A stretch of DNA of 62,792 bases, the filler included. It is 4 parts of 4 records of this genome, joined end to end, with 100 filler letters (N's around TTAATTAATTAA, not from the genome) between each part and the next. Parts side by side here need not be neighbours in the genome. Positions count along the whole stretch, not along the records: positions 20,365 to 41,550 come from SRR20825006_2398; 3 more parts are not named here. One strand, 5' to 3'. Below are positions 30,588-40,361 of the stretch, piece after piece (position 1 is the stretch's first letter; each line of letters begins with the position of its first letter). The notes below the pieces were generated by a model. That model made no database searches. It saw nothing but the letters and a program-made list of their open reading frames with translations, and had not been told where the DNA came from. The translations under genes and the position numbers were made by a program.

Positions 30588-31366
30588 TGAAGGCTTGTAA
30601 AAGTTTACTTAGCGGATTTGTTTTTACGTTGTTTTTATTGACAGCTTATGTTGGGGTAGCCCAAAATGAAGCGGTGTTTAAGCAAGGTAACGATTTATAC
30701 AACGAGGGGAAATATCAAAAAGCAATAGAAAAATATCTTGAGGTATCTCAAAGTGGAGTTCATTCTGCTGCTCTTTATTATAATTTAGCCAATGGATATT
30801 ATAAATTAAATCAAATAGCACCAAGTATCTATTATTATGAAAAAGCTCTCTTGCTTTCTCCTAATGATGCAGATATTAAAAATAATTTGCACTTTGCAGA
30901 AAACATGACGGTAGATGCTATTGATGTGATGCCGCAAACTGGTTTAGCAAAATTAGCCACCAATATAATCTTTAAATTATCATACAATACATGGGCTATT
31001 CTGTCTATTTTATTTATGGTGTTGTTTGTTGTTGGTTTCTTACTGTATTACTTTGCTAGCTACCATACAAGAAAGCGGATTTATTTTGCGCTAAGTATTT
31101 TATTCCTGTTATTTTCTATAGCTAGTTATGGTTTTTCATATTACCAATACGGAGTAGAAAACAATAGAAAACCTGCCATAATTTTTGCTAAAGAAACTTC
31201 TGTAATGTCAGAACCTAATATGGGCAGCACCGAGGTATTTTTATTGCATGAAGGGACTAAAGTTAATATTTTGGAAACCTTAGGAGGTTGGAAAAAGATT
31301 AAGCTAGCAGATGGTAAAATAGGTTGGCTACCCGATACTGATTTAAAAGAAATTAAAGACTTTTAA
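30584..31366 (+). CDS. batE: TPR + SH3 protein BatE
   Basis: GNDLYNEGKY TPR, YYEKALLLSP, C-terminal LHEGTKV...GWL SH3-like domain. Confidence 0.9.
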   Translation: MMKACKSLLSGFVFTLFLLTAYVGVAQNEAVFKQGNDLYNEGKYQKAIEKYLEVSQSGVHSAALYYNLANGYYKLNQIAPSIYYYEKALLLSPNDADIKNNLHFAENMTVDAIDVMPQTGLAKLATNIIFKLSYNTWAILSILFMVLFVVGFLLYYFASYHTRKRIYFALSILFLLFSIASYGFSYYQYGVENNRKPAIIFAKETSVMSEPNMGSTEVFLLHEGTKVNILETLGGWKKIKLADGKIGWLPDTDLKEIKDF

Positions 31367-31399
31367 AAAATCCTTAACAGATAATTCAGTAACAAACAT

Positions 31400-31407
31400 T
31401 ATATTTG
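31400..31407 (+). promoter_or_regulatory. Bacteroidota -7 promoter element
   Basis: TATATTTG matches TAnnTTTG, just upstream of the ORF at 31425. Confidence 0.55.
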
Positions 31408-31424
31408 TTATTGATGTTAATTAA

Positions 31425-31748
31425 TTGTCAGTATTGAATACGAATAAGAAAATATTTGTGGGTTTTTTCCTCTTTATATTTTGCTCCTTCTTAATAACTC
31501 CAGCTATATTGACTGTTGTTGAGAAAGATGCAGACGTATCCTACTTTTATAGTATGACAGAAGAAGAGAAGAAGGACAATAATACTAGCAGTGAATTAAA
31601 AGAACTCAAAGAGTTACCTTACCCAAAAGAGGAAGGTTTTTATATTTCTCAGATTATTACAAAAAGAAAAAATTACCATTACTTCGTAAAACATCACTAT
31701 AGTCAAGTGATGGATGTTATTATTCCACCTCCAGAATATATTTCCTAA
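31425..31748 (+). CDS. small membrane-anchored protein ending in PPP (possible leader/arrest peptide)
   Basis: N-terminal hydrophobic segment, acidic middle, C-terminal IIPPPEYIS; directly upstream of sulP-can. Confidence 0.65.
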   Translation: MSVLNTNKKIFVGFFLFIFCSFLITPAILTVVEKDADVSYFYSMTEEEKKDNNTSSELKELKELPYPKEEGFYISQIITKRKNYHYFVKHHYSQVMDVIIPPPEYIS

Positions 31749-31933
31749 TTAGATTTAAGGAATATTATTTCCAATAGTTTCTACTTTAAGAGTAAAAATT
31801 GGGTTATTTCCAATATGCTAACTATTGTTTATTATTCTATTTAAAATCTGATTACCTACACGTTTTTCACGCAAATTTTAAGTAAAATTTTAATAAGTTT
31901 TCACCTCTTGTGAAAACAAAAATATAGTTAGTT

Positions 31934-33514
31934 ATGTTTAAACATCTAAAAAATGATTTACCGGCGAGTCTTGTCGTGTTTTTCGTAGCCCTACCATTGT
32001 GTTTAGGGATTGCATTAGCCAGTGGTGCCCCTTTATTTTCTGGTTTAATAGCTGGTATTGTTGGAGGTATTGTAGTTGGTAGTATAAGTGGTTCTTCCAT
32101 TGGAGTAAGTGGACCAGCAGCTGGATTGGCAGTTATTGTATTAGCTGCAATAGCCTCTTTAGGATTTGAGAATTTTTTAGTTGCGGTAATTATTGGAGGT
32201 GTAATTCAAATTCTCTTAGGTGTTTTAAAAGCAGGTATTATTGGGTATTATTTTCCTTCATCTGTAATTAAGGGGATGTTGGCTGCCATAGGGGTTATTA
32301 TTTTTTTAAAGCAAATACCGCATGCTTTTGGATATGATTCCGATTATGAGGGAGATTTAGATTTTTTCCAATTGGATGGTGAGAATACGTTTTCGGCATT
32401 AGGTTCTATGTTAGATTTTATCTCTCCAGGAGCCATTTTAGTAACGTGCATTTCGTTGTTTATTTTACTGTTTTGGGAAAAAGTATTATCAAAAAAACAC
32501 GATATATTTAAAATTATCCCTGGACCATTAGTAGCCGTAATTGTTGGGATTTTATATTATATGTTAGTAGATTCTAACTCTAGTTTTGGAATAGCTACAG
32601 ACCATTTAGTATCGGTACCTGTACCAGAAAGTGCTTCAGATTTTATTGGGCAGTTTACGTTTCCTAATTTTGCAGCAATTACAAACCCGCAAGTATGGGT
32701 AACTGGTGTTACAATTGCGATTGTAGCAAGTTTAGAAACACTTTTGTGTGTGGAAGCAACAGATAAAATGGATCCAGAAAAAAGAACAACACCTACCAAT
32801 AGAGAGCTTTTTGCACAAGGGGCAGGAAACATTGTTTCTGGATTTATAGGTGGACTTCCAATTACACAAGTTATTGTGCGTAGTTCTGCTAACCTTCAAT
32901 CGGGAGGTAAAACAAAATTATCGGCAATTATTCATGGAGTGTTGCTCCTTGGATCTGTAATTTTAATTCCATTATTACTTAATAAAATACCACTAGCTGT
33001 ATTAGCGGCAATCTTACTTATTGTAGGTTATAAATTAGCAAAACCAGCATTGTTTAAGCAGATGTTTAAGTTGGGAAAAGAACAATTTATTCCTTTTATT
33101 GTAACTGTTTTAGGAGTAGTGTTTACAGATTTATTAATGGGAATAGGATTAGGATTGGCTGTAGGGATTACAATGATTTTAATAAAGAACTATCAAAACT
33201 CACACTTCTTACATATTGAGAAAACAGATGAAGGGAGTCATATTGTAAAAATGACTTTAGCAGAAGAAATTTCTTTTCTGAATAAAGGAGCAATTCTGAA
33301 AGAGTTAAATGCGTTGCCAAATGATACTCTTCTGGAGTTAGATGTTACAAAAACGCTACGTTTGAACTATGACATTTTGGAAATTCTAGATGATTTTGCT
33401 ATTAAAGCGAAAGATAAAAATATAGAAGTTAAGTTAATTTCCAACAAAGGAGTTGTGTACAACCCTAAAAATTACACTTCATTTTTTAGAGCAAAAAATA
33501 GCGAAGCAGCTTAA
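31934..33514 (+). CDS. SulP family anion (bicarbonate/sulfate) transporter
   Basis: ALPLCLGIALASGAP, GVSGPAAGL, ASLETLL, VIVRSSAN. Confidence 0.95.
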   Translation: MFKHLKNDLPASLVVFFVALPLCLGIALASGAPLFSGLIAGIVGGIVVGSISGSSIGVSGPAAGLAVIVLAAIASLGFENFLVAVIIGGVIQILLGVLKAGIIGYYFPSSVIKGMLAAIGVIIFLKQIPHAFGYDSDYEGDLDFFQLDGENTFSALGSMLDFISPGAILVTCISLFILLFWEKVLSKKHDIFKIIPGPLVAVIVGILYYMLVDSNSSFGIATDHLVSVPVPESASDFIGQFTFPNFAAITNPQVWVTGVTIAIVASLETLLCVEATDKMDPEKRTTPTNRELFAQGAGNIVSGFIGGLPITQVIVRSSANLQSGGKTKLSAIIHGVLLLGSVILIPLLLNKIPLAVLAAILLIVGYKLAKPALFKQMFKLGKEQFIPFIVTVLGVVFTDLLMGIGLGLAVGITMILIKNYQNSHFLHIEKTDEGSHIVKMTLAEEISFLNKGAILKELNALPNDTLLELDVTKTLRLNYDILEILDDFAIKAKDKNIEVKLISNKGVVYNPKNYTSFFRAKNSEAA

Positions 33515-33555
33515 TAAATTATATAAAAAAGTTTAATTTTAAGAAAAATATTAGA

Positions 33556-34182
33556 ATGAATTTAGATAAGGTATTTGACAATAATAAAAAGTGGATTGAA
33601 TCTAAACTTGATGTAGATTCAAATTATTTTGAAGATTTAGGAAAAGGACAAAGTCCAGAGTTACTATACATAGGTTGTTCAGATAGTAGGGTAACTGCAG
33701 AGGATTTAATGGGTTTACAGCCAGGTGAGGTTTTTGTTCATAGAAACATTGCAAATATGGTTGTAGGAACAGACTTGAATGCAATGTCTGTATTAGATTA
33801 CGCCGTTAACCATTTAAAAGTAAACCATGTAGTGGTTTGTGGACATTTTTCTTGTGGAGGTGTAAAAGCAGCTATGCAATCGGCAGATTTAGGAATTTTA
33901 AATCCATGGTTAAGAAATATTCGAGATGTATACCGTTTACATAAAACCGAATTAAATGCTATTGACGATGAAGATAAGCGTTACGACCGTTTAGTGGAGT
34001 TAAATGTTCAAGAGCAATGTGTAAACCTTATTAAAACTGCAACTGTACAAAAAGCGGTTCGTAGTAGAGGACTTAAAGTTCATGGTTGGGTATTTGATAT
34101 TCATACTGGAAAATTAATTGACTTAAAGATTGATTTAGATGGTATTTTGAAAAATATTATGGAAATCTATCATTTAGATTAA
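33556..34182 (+). CDS. can: beta-class carbonic anhydrase
   Basis: IGCSDSRV, FVHRNIAN, CGHxxCGG zinc ligands. Confidence 0.95.
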   Translation: MNLDKVFDNNKKWIESKLDVDSNYFEDLGKGQSPELLYIGCSDSRVTAEDLMGLQPGEVFVHRNIANMVVGTDLNAMSVLDYAVNHLKVNHVVVCGHFSCGGVKAAMQSADLGILNPWLRNIRDVYRLHKTELNAIDDEDKRYDRLVELNVQEQCVNLIKTATVQKAVRSRGLKVHGWVFDIHTGKLIDLKIDLDGILKNIMEIYHLD

Positions 34183-34203
34183 GCTATCATTTAATAATTG
34201 AAG

Positions 34204-34332
34204 TGGCTGTCTAAAAAGTATCTAAACTTTAAATGTTATCCTGAGCTTGTTGAAGGATGCTTTTGAGTATTAGTTGTTTAAAACTTCGAAAAGCTTAGTT
34301 TTAACAATTATAAATTACTTTTTAAACAGCCA
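34204..34332. repeat. nested inverted-repeat (REPIN/MITE-like) element
   Basis: Outer IR TGGCTGTCTAAAAAGTA/TACTTTTTAAACAGCCA; inner degenerate REP pair at 34234-34255 and 34284-34306. Confidence 0.7.
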
Positions 34333-34462
34333 TTTTTTTGTTTAAAATAGAAAAGAAACGAAAAATTTCCTCTATAAATAATAACTTGTGGGAACTATAA
34401 TTTATTCTTTTCTCCTATAGTATAGGGTCTTGTATCTTTATTCAGATACTATATTTAATATT

Positions 34463-34951
34463 TTAGGAAGTTTCTCTAAGCACCCAATCAAAAACAAAGC
34501 CTCCAATCTCTTTAACGGGTTTATAGGTAGCTGAGCTGTCTATAGTTTCTTGCTTTATAAACTCAATAGTTTGATTGGTTCTGTCTATAAAAATTAAAAT
34601 AGCTCCTAAAATTACCACTATTTTTAATCCGCCAAAAGCAGCTCCAAAAAACCTATTTAATAAGCCTAAAGCAGCTAAATTAGCAATTTTTGTAAGTAGT
34701 TTTCCTATAAGAGAGACAGCCAATATTATAACGATAAAGGTGATAGCAAAGGCAGTAAGGCTAACGTATTTTTGTTCCCAGTCGACTTTTTCTTGAAGGA
34801 AATCGCCCACAAAATATGAAAAGTGGATGGCGCCATAGATTCCAAGAATAAGTGCAACTAAGGAGGCTACTTCTATAAAAAGCCCTTTCATAAATCCGCG
34901 TACAATTCCGAAGATAATAAGTCCGCCTAAAACGATGTCAATGTAATTCAT
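34463..34951 (-). CDS. cvpA: CvpA family protein
   Basis: DIVLG...GFMKGLFIEVASL, LNRFFGAAFG; TATATTTG promoter element at 34969-34976 on the minus strand. Confidence 0.9.
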   Translation of the reverse strand: MNYIDIVLGGLIIFGIVRGFMKGLFIEVASLVALILGIYGAIHFSYFVGDFLQEKVDWEQKYVSLTAFAITFIVIILAVSLIGKLLTKIANLAALGLLNRFFGAAFGGLKIVVILGAILIFIDRTNQTIEFIKQETIDSSATYKPVKEIGGFVFDWVLRETS

Positions 34952-35032
34952 TCAGAAAATCATTTTAACAAATATACATTTTAGATTTTTAGAAATTAAA
35001 ATGCTATGATGTTAATAGAAAAATTATCTTCT

Positions 35033-35040
35033 TACTTTTG
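35033..35040 (+). promoter_or_regulatory. Bacteroidota -7 promoter element
   Basis: TACTTTTG 14 nt before the ATG at 35055. Confidence 0.55.
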
Positions 35041-35054
35041 CACAAAATTATAAA

Positions 35055-35411
35055 ATGGCAAGAGACGAGGTTTTAAAAATGAAATGGGATTTGTTGGTTG
35101 GAAAACTCTCAAATCAATTTGCAGATGGGGATGAATTAGAGCTTGATGCTATTATTTACTTAATAGGGGTTCAAGAGCTTGGGCAACTTAATAGAAAGTT
35201 TAAAAAGGACGAAAAGCTTAATTTAATGCATATTGCTATTTGCCGACTTTTAGAGCCTTATGGATATTATGAGTTTGATTTTTTTGATGATGATGGTTGG
35301 CCACATTATACAATGAAAGAGCAATTACCTACCCTAAAAGCAGGAGAACAGTCGGTTTTGATGAAAGAAGCTATTGTACAGTATTTTACAGATAGTGGTT
35401 ATATAGAATAG
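35055..35411 (+). CDS. conserved hypothetical protein
   Basis: LIGVQELG...KLNLMHIAICRLLEPYGYY...DGWPHY, a Bacteroidota-type small protein. Confidence 0.8.
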   Translation: MARDEVLKMKWDLLVGKLSNQFADGDELELDAIIYLIGVQELGQLNRKFKKDEKLNLMHIAICRLLEPYGYYEFDFFDDDGWPHYTMKEQLPTLKAGEQSVLMKEAIVQYFTDSGYIE

Positions 35412-35443
35412 TAAAAAAAACAATATAGAGTGCGCTAGTTATA

Positions 35444-35524
35444 GCTGCTAGCCCCGATTGAGCCAACTACCCCGTCTGTTTGGCAGAGACAAACAGCCGT
35501 GTAGTGGGGAAAGCGGGAAACAGC
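35444..35524 (+). ncRNA. possible Flavo-1-like structured RNA/repeat
   Basis: GCCCCGATTG...internal hairpin CTGTTTG/CAAACAG...GGAAAGCGGGAAA; resemblance is from memory and unverified. Confidence 0.45.
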
Positions 35525-35629
35525 GATTTATATTTTCGCAAGCTAAAAAGCTTCTAAAAAAGAATTATAAGTTGAAGGAAACGGCAAATATTCTTTAGAA
35601 ATCTTTAAATTTGCCCTTCCAAAGAAAAA

Positions 35630-36655
35630 ATGGTTATGATTGATACTATTAAGGAACATATTGAGAAAGTAAAAGGCTTTACAGCGGTTACTTTAGATGA
35701 GGTTGAAGCATTTAGAATTGAATATCTAGGAAAAAAAGGACTTTTAAATGACTTTTTTGCTGAATTTAAGAATGTTCCTAATGAGCAGAAGAAAGAATTT
35801 GGACAGGTAATTAACCAGTTAAAAAATACTGCACAGGAAAAGGTGAATTCTTTAAAAGAAGCTTTAGAGAGTGCTCAGCCTACAGAAAATTTGTATGGCG
35901 ATTTAACGCGACCTGCAATGCCATTGGAATTGGGAGGAAGACATCCAATTTCTATTGTTAAAAATCAAATTATTGATATATTTTCTCGGATTGGATTTAA
36001 TGTTTCTGAAGGGCCAGAAATTGAAGACGATTGGCATAATTTTACGGCATTAAATTTACCAGAATACCATCCTGCTAGAGATATGCAGGATACGTTTTTT
36101 GTGCAAACTAATCCGGATGTTTTATTGCGTACGCATACGTCGTCTGTGCAAGTGCGTTATATGGAAAATAATAAACCGCCAATTAGAACAATTTCTCCTG
36201 GGCGTGTTTTTAGAAATGAGGCTATTTCTTCTCGGTCGCATTGCTTTTTCCATCAAGTAGAAGGATTGTATATTGATAAGGGAGTTTCGTTTGCCGATTT
36301 AAAACAAACTCTACAGTATTTTACTACAGAAATGTTTGGGAAGTCTAAGATTCGTTTACGTCCATCTTATTTTCCATTTACAGAACCTAGTGCTGAGGTA
36401 GATGTGTATTGGGGCTTAGAAACCGAAACCGATTACAGAATGACCAAAGGTACAGGATGGTTGGAAATTATGGGTTGCGGAATGGTAGACCCTAATGTGT
36501 TAGAAAATTGTGGAATTGATTCTAAAGAATATTCTGGATTTGCCTTTGGAATGGGAATAGATAGAATTGCTTTATTGTTGCATCAAATTTCGGACATTAG
36601 AATGCTTAGTGAAAACGATATCCGTTTCTTAAAACAATTTAAATCTGTTTTATAA
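35630..36655 (+). CDS. pheS: phenylalanine--tRNA ligase alpha subunit
   Basis: HPARDMQDTF, LRTHTSSVQ, FHQVEG, RPSYFPFTEPSAE, GFAFGMG; TAAATTTG promoter element at 35606-35613. Confidence 0.98.
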   Translation: MVMIDTIKEHIEKVKGFTAVTLDEVEAFRIEYLGKKGLLNDFFAEFKNVPNEQKKEFGQVINQLKNTAQEKVNSLKEALESAQPTENLYGDLTRPAMPLELGGRHPISIVKNQIIDIFSRIGFNVSEGPEIEDDWHNFTALNLPEYHPARDMQDTFFVQTNPDVLLRTHTSSVQVRYMENNKPPIRTISPGRVFRNEAISSRSHCFFHQVEGLYIDKGVSFADLKQTLQYFTTEMFGKSKIRLRPSYFPFTEPSAEVDVYWGLETETDYRMTKGTGWLEIMGCGMVDPNVLENCGIDSKEYSGFAFGMGIDRIALLLHQISDIRMLSENDIRFLKQFKSVL

Positions 36656-36664
36656 TTACTCAAT

Positions 36665-36754
36665 AATCGAAATTTGAATGCTCCGAAGCTTGCTTTGGAA
36701 TGTTTTTGGTTTTTCCTTTTAATGCCCCGTGAATTGCTCTGAGGTAGTTTACTT
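36665..36754 (+). repeat. dispersed intergenic repeat ending GAGGTAGTT, copy C
   Basis: AATCGAAATTTGAATGCTCCGAAGCTTGCTTTGGA...AATGCCCCGTGAATTGCTCTGAGGTAGTTT. Confidence 0.6.
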
Positions 36755-36841
36755 ATAATAAATACCATGTCTATATTTTTAGACACATAGCAGAATGATT
36801 ATTTGGAGGTTCCATGTAACCGTTAAAACGATAAATAGAAC

Positions 36842-37237
36842 ATGAAAAAAGATATAGAAATCCCTATTGCTGAAGAAGTTTATGTTGCTGCTGTAAATGA
36901 GTGGGACGAAAAGCACCTTTCAAAAACTTGGTATGTCTATCTTATAAATAATAGGGAAAGTGCAATAGAAGGAACTATTTTGGTTTCTAAGGGTTATGGA
37001 GAAGCGCTAAAAACTACAACTATGCGCCATGGACTTGGAGATTTGGAAGCTAAATCTTTTAGGAAAGTAGAACTTATCCAAGAGGAGGTTTTTAAACTGA
37101 AAAACGAGTTTTTTCTTACTTTTTTTGCTGATAATAAATTATACGAAAAAAAATTCCTTTTTAACGAGTATCAGATTTCAGAGAGCAATGAGGTTGCTGT
37201 TCCTGTGTTAGGAATAGCAGGTGTTTTGGCGAATTAA
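36842..37237 (+). CDS. conserved hypothetical protein
   Basis: MKKDIEIP...WYVYLIN...VSKGYG...TMRH; clean ORF. Confidence 0.8.
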   Translation: MKKDIEIPIAEEVYVAAVNEWDEKHLSKTWYVYLINNRESAIEGTILVSKGYGEALKTTTMRHGLGDLEAKSFRKVELIQEEVFKLKNEFFLTFFADNKLYEKKFLFNEYQISESNEVAVPVLGIAGVLAN

Positions 37238-37429
37238 GTCACTTCTTTTTAATGTTAAAATTGAGATAAAATAATCTTTTTTTTAACATTTATGATTAAA
37301 ATATCACAATATATCCGTTTTATTTTATAAATCTTAAAATTTAACAGCTTCGGTTTTAATTTTTTCTCATAGGAAATTTTGTTAGCCTGCTATAACTTGT
37401 AGCAACTTAACTTAATTAATCTACAAGAA

Positions 37430-38629
37430 ATGAAAAACCTAAAGAATAACAGCCGAAGAGAATGGTTTAAAAAAGGAGCATTAGCTGCTGGAGCATTAGC
37501 TTTAACACCAATAGATTTATGGAGTGCAACGGCAGATTATGCGCATGGAAATAAACAGCCTTTTATGTTTAATTCCAATTTAACTAGCTTTAAAGAGTTT
37601 ACTCCCCCTAGATTTCCAGATTTAAGTACGGTAAAAGCTAGATTGGTATGGAATGAAAATCCATATGGGCCATCCTTAAAAGCATCAAAGGCCTTTCAAG
37701 AGGCTGTTACAGAAGGGAATCATTATTCATGGCGGTCTTTAGGAGAATTAGTAGGAAAAATAGCGCAAAAAGAAGGAGTTACTACAGATAATATTATGAT
37801 GGGACCTGGGTCGTCTGATTTATTAGAGAAAACCGCCTTGGTTTATTTTAGAGAAGGAGGAAATGTTATTAGTGGAGACCCTTGTTATATGTCTTTGGTT
37901 CAAGTGGCAAAAGCTTCAGGCGGCAACTGGAAACCTATTAAGCTCACTAAAGATTTTCAACACGATCTAGATGCTATGGAAGCTGCTATAGATGCAGATA
38001 CAAAGTTAGTGTACATTACAAATCCTAATAACCCAACAGGAACATTAACAGACACCAAAAAGCTTTATGATTTTTGTGATCGCGTATCAGACAAGGTTCC
38101 TATTTTTATTGATGAAGCTTATATAGAATTGTCAGAAGGTGGGTTAAATAATAGCATGGCTCCTCTGGTTGCAAAAGGAAAAAATGTGTTTGTAGCTCGT
38201 ACTTTTTCCAAAATATATGGAATGGCTGGACTGCGCATTGGATATATGTTAGGAAATAAGAATTCTTTAGATGAAATTAATAAAATTACTAGAGGTGGAA
38301 TGGGGATTACAGGGCCTACAATAGCTGCTGCCAACGCTAGTTTAGACGATGTTGATTTTGTGGAAGATTGTAAGTCAAAAATTACTGAAGCAAAACAATT
38401 TACCTACAACTTATTAGAGAAAAAAAATATTTCCTACCTCCCATCTCAAACAAACTTTGTTCTATTTCCTATAGAAATGGCAGGAGACGAATTTCTTGAT
38501 AAAATATATGAAAGGAAAGTGGTGGTTAGGGCCTTTAAATTTTGGGATCAAGATTGGTGTAGAGTGAGTATGGGAACAACGGAAGAAATGAAATATTTTG
38601 CTGAGGCAATTAATCAAATACTTGTTTAA
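37430..38629 (+). CDS. HisC-like class I/II PLP aminotransferase with Tat signal
   Basis: SRREWFK twin-arginine motif; NENPYGPS, NPNNPTG, DEAY, RTFSKIYGMAGLRIGY. Confidence 0.9.
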   Translation: MKNLKNNSRREWFKKGALAAGALALTPIDLWSATADYAHGNKQPFMFNSNLTSFKEFTPPRFPDLSTVKARLVWNENPYGPSLKASKAFQEAVTEGNHYSWRSLGELVGKIAQKEGVTTDNIMMGPGSSDLLEKTALVYFREGGNVISGDPCYMSLVQVAKASGGNWKPIKLTKDFQHDLDAMEAAIDADTKLVYITNPNNPTGTLTDTKKLYDFCDRVSDKVPIFIDEAYIELSEGGLNNSMAPLVAKGKNVFVARTFSKIYGMAGLRIGYMLGNKNSLDEINKITRGGMGITGPTIAAANASLDDVDFVEDCKSKITEAKQFTYNLLEKKNISYLPSQTNFVLFPIEMAGDEFLDKIYERKVVVRAFKFWDQDWCRVSMGTTEEMKYFAEAINQILV

Positions 38630-39759
38630 TGGAGTTTGCTTTACAAAAAACCATATCATTACTGCTATTTATTTTAATAGGATTTCTACTCAAGCTTAAG
38701 TTTAAAAGTCCAGAAGAAGTTACAGGGTTAAAAAAAATAATTTTAAACCTTGCATTGCCTGCCACTATTTTTATTGCTTTATTAAAGGTGAATATTAGTA
38801 TGGCATTAATTTCACTTCCATTTTTAGCAATTTTATTAAATGTAGTTTTATACTTTATTACTGGTTTAATGCTTCCTTTGGTGGGGATTGAAAAAAATAC
38901 TGCCATAGGAAGAACAAGTAGGTTGCTTATCCCTTCTCTTGCTCCTGGTTTATCGTCTTTTCCGTTTATATTAGAATTTTTAGGAGACGATTATTTAGCT
39001 AAAGCTGCAATGGCAGATTTAGGAAATAAAGTTTTTGTACTTGTTGTATTGTATATTATTGCAATGAAATGGTATTATCAAAACAATCAAGATGTAGTTG
39101 GAGTTATTGGGAATTCAAGGAAGATTAAAAATCTATTTATTTCAATTCTAAAAGAACCCGTTAATATTTTTATTTTTGCCGCCTTACTCTTTGTAGTTTT
39201 TGGTGTTAACCTTACTATGCTTCCTAGTTTTTTTAAGGATACCTTTTCAAGGCTAAGTATTATTATGACTCCATTAGTACTTATTTATATTGGTTTGGCA
39301 TTTAAAATTAAACGAATGCAGTTTGTGCAAATATTTTCTTTATTAATGTTACGCGCAGGAGTAATACTTGTATTAATTGCTTCGTTAGCTATGCTGTTTG
39401 GAGGAATAAATAGCAATACTATTCTTTTAATAGTTTCATTTGCTCTTAGTGCTTGTAGTTTTTGGCCATTTGCACATATTTCTTTAATAGATTCTTCAGA
39501 AAAAAATAAAAACACTAATGCTAAAACATTTGATTCCAATTTTGCAATTGGAGTTTTAGCACTTTCATTACCTATTTCTACATTACTAATATTATGTATT
39601 CTCTCTGCAGGAAATACATTTTCGGATATGTTTAATTTATTAATATTAGGTCTAACATGCTGTTTTTTAGGTGTTTTTGTGGTAATTTGCAAAAGTTTTA
39701 AATCGTTTATTAAAGCTTCCTCCACTACCTCAAAAAAATATTCTGAAAGTAACGCTTAA
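38629..39759 (+). CDS. AEC family permease
   Basis: About 10 TM segments; ILNLALPATIF; start overlaps the aminotransferase stop. Confidence 0.8.
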   Translation: MEFALQKTISLLLFILIGFLLKLKFKSPEEVTGLKKIILNLALPATIFIALLKVNISMALISLPFLAILLNVVLYFITGLMLPLVGIEKNTAIGRTSRLLIPSLAPGLSSFPFILEFLGDDYLAKAAMADLGNKVFVLVVLYIIAMKWYYQNNQDVVGVIGNSRKIKNLFISILKEPVNIFIFAALLFVVFGVNLTMLPSFFKDTFSRLSIIMTPLVLIYIGLAFKIKRMQFVQIFSLLMLRAGVILVLIASLAMLFGGINSNTILLIVSFALSACSFWPFAHISLIDSSEKNKNTNAKTFDSNFAIGVLALSLPISTLLILCILSAGNTFSDMFNLLILGLTCCFLGVFVVICKSFKSFIKASSTTSKKYSESNA

Positions 39760-39794
39760 TTTTTAAGCTAAAGTTTAACATACTATTAACTGCT

Positions 39795-39831
39795 GTTTAG
39801 TTCGGTAATTACCGAACTAAACGTAGTTTTG
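39795..39831 (+). promoter_or_regulatory. 28-bp palindromic operator next to a -7 promoter element
   Basis: Perfect palindrome GTTTAGTTCGGTAATTACCGAACTAAAC (39795-39822), then TAGTTTTG (39824-39831). Confidence 0.75.
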
Positions 39832-39848
39832 CATCTTATTTATAAAAT

Positions 39849-40361
39849 ATGATAGAAGATGTAGAATTAATAAAGCTAAAAAAAGAGCTAATAGAAGAAA
39901 TGGGAGTGTATTTTGAATGTCAAGATATGCTATCTCCACTGTCTTCAAGAATCTTTGGGTATTTAGCTTTAGCAGGAGATAAAGGTGCAACTTTTGACGA
40001 GATTTTGGAAGAGTTGCAAGTGAGTAAAAGTTCGCTTTCAACAAATCTTCAGCTTTTACAGTCGATGGGAAGGATTGGTTATTACACAAAACCGGGAGAC
40101 CGTAGAAGGTATTTTAAGGCTTCGGTTGATAATATGATAAATCGTTTAGATGATAAGATTAATTCTTGGAAAAAAGAGCGAGAACTGCATGTTAAGGTTC
40201 TTAATTATCGAGAAAAAACATTATCAGCAGATGATAAATTAACAATGAAAAACAGAAAAGATCTTTCTTTCAATAAGCACTACATTGAGTTTGTGGATGC
40301 CATGATTGAAAATTTATGTAAACTAAAAAATAATTTAATAACAGTCAATCAAGTACAATAA
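39849..40361 (+). CDS. GbsR/MarR family transcriptional regulator
   Basis: LSPLSSRIFGYL, TFDEI...SKSSLSTNL HTH, KPGDRRRYF. Confidence 0.9.
   Translation: MIEDVELIKLKKELIEEMGVYFECQDMLSPLSSRIFGYLALAGDKGATFDEILEELQVSKSSLSTNLQLLQSMGRIGYYTKPGDRRRYFKASVDNMINRLDDKINSWKKERELHVKVLNYREKTLSADDKLTMKNRKDLSFNKHYIEFVDAMIENLCKLKNNLITVNQVQ

Noticed and set aside
22079-31366. moxR-DUF58-batABCDE as a novel system
   Set aside because: Well-described Bacteroidota operon in canonical order; the low-complexity BatC tract is normal
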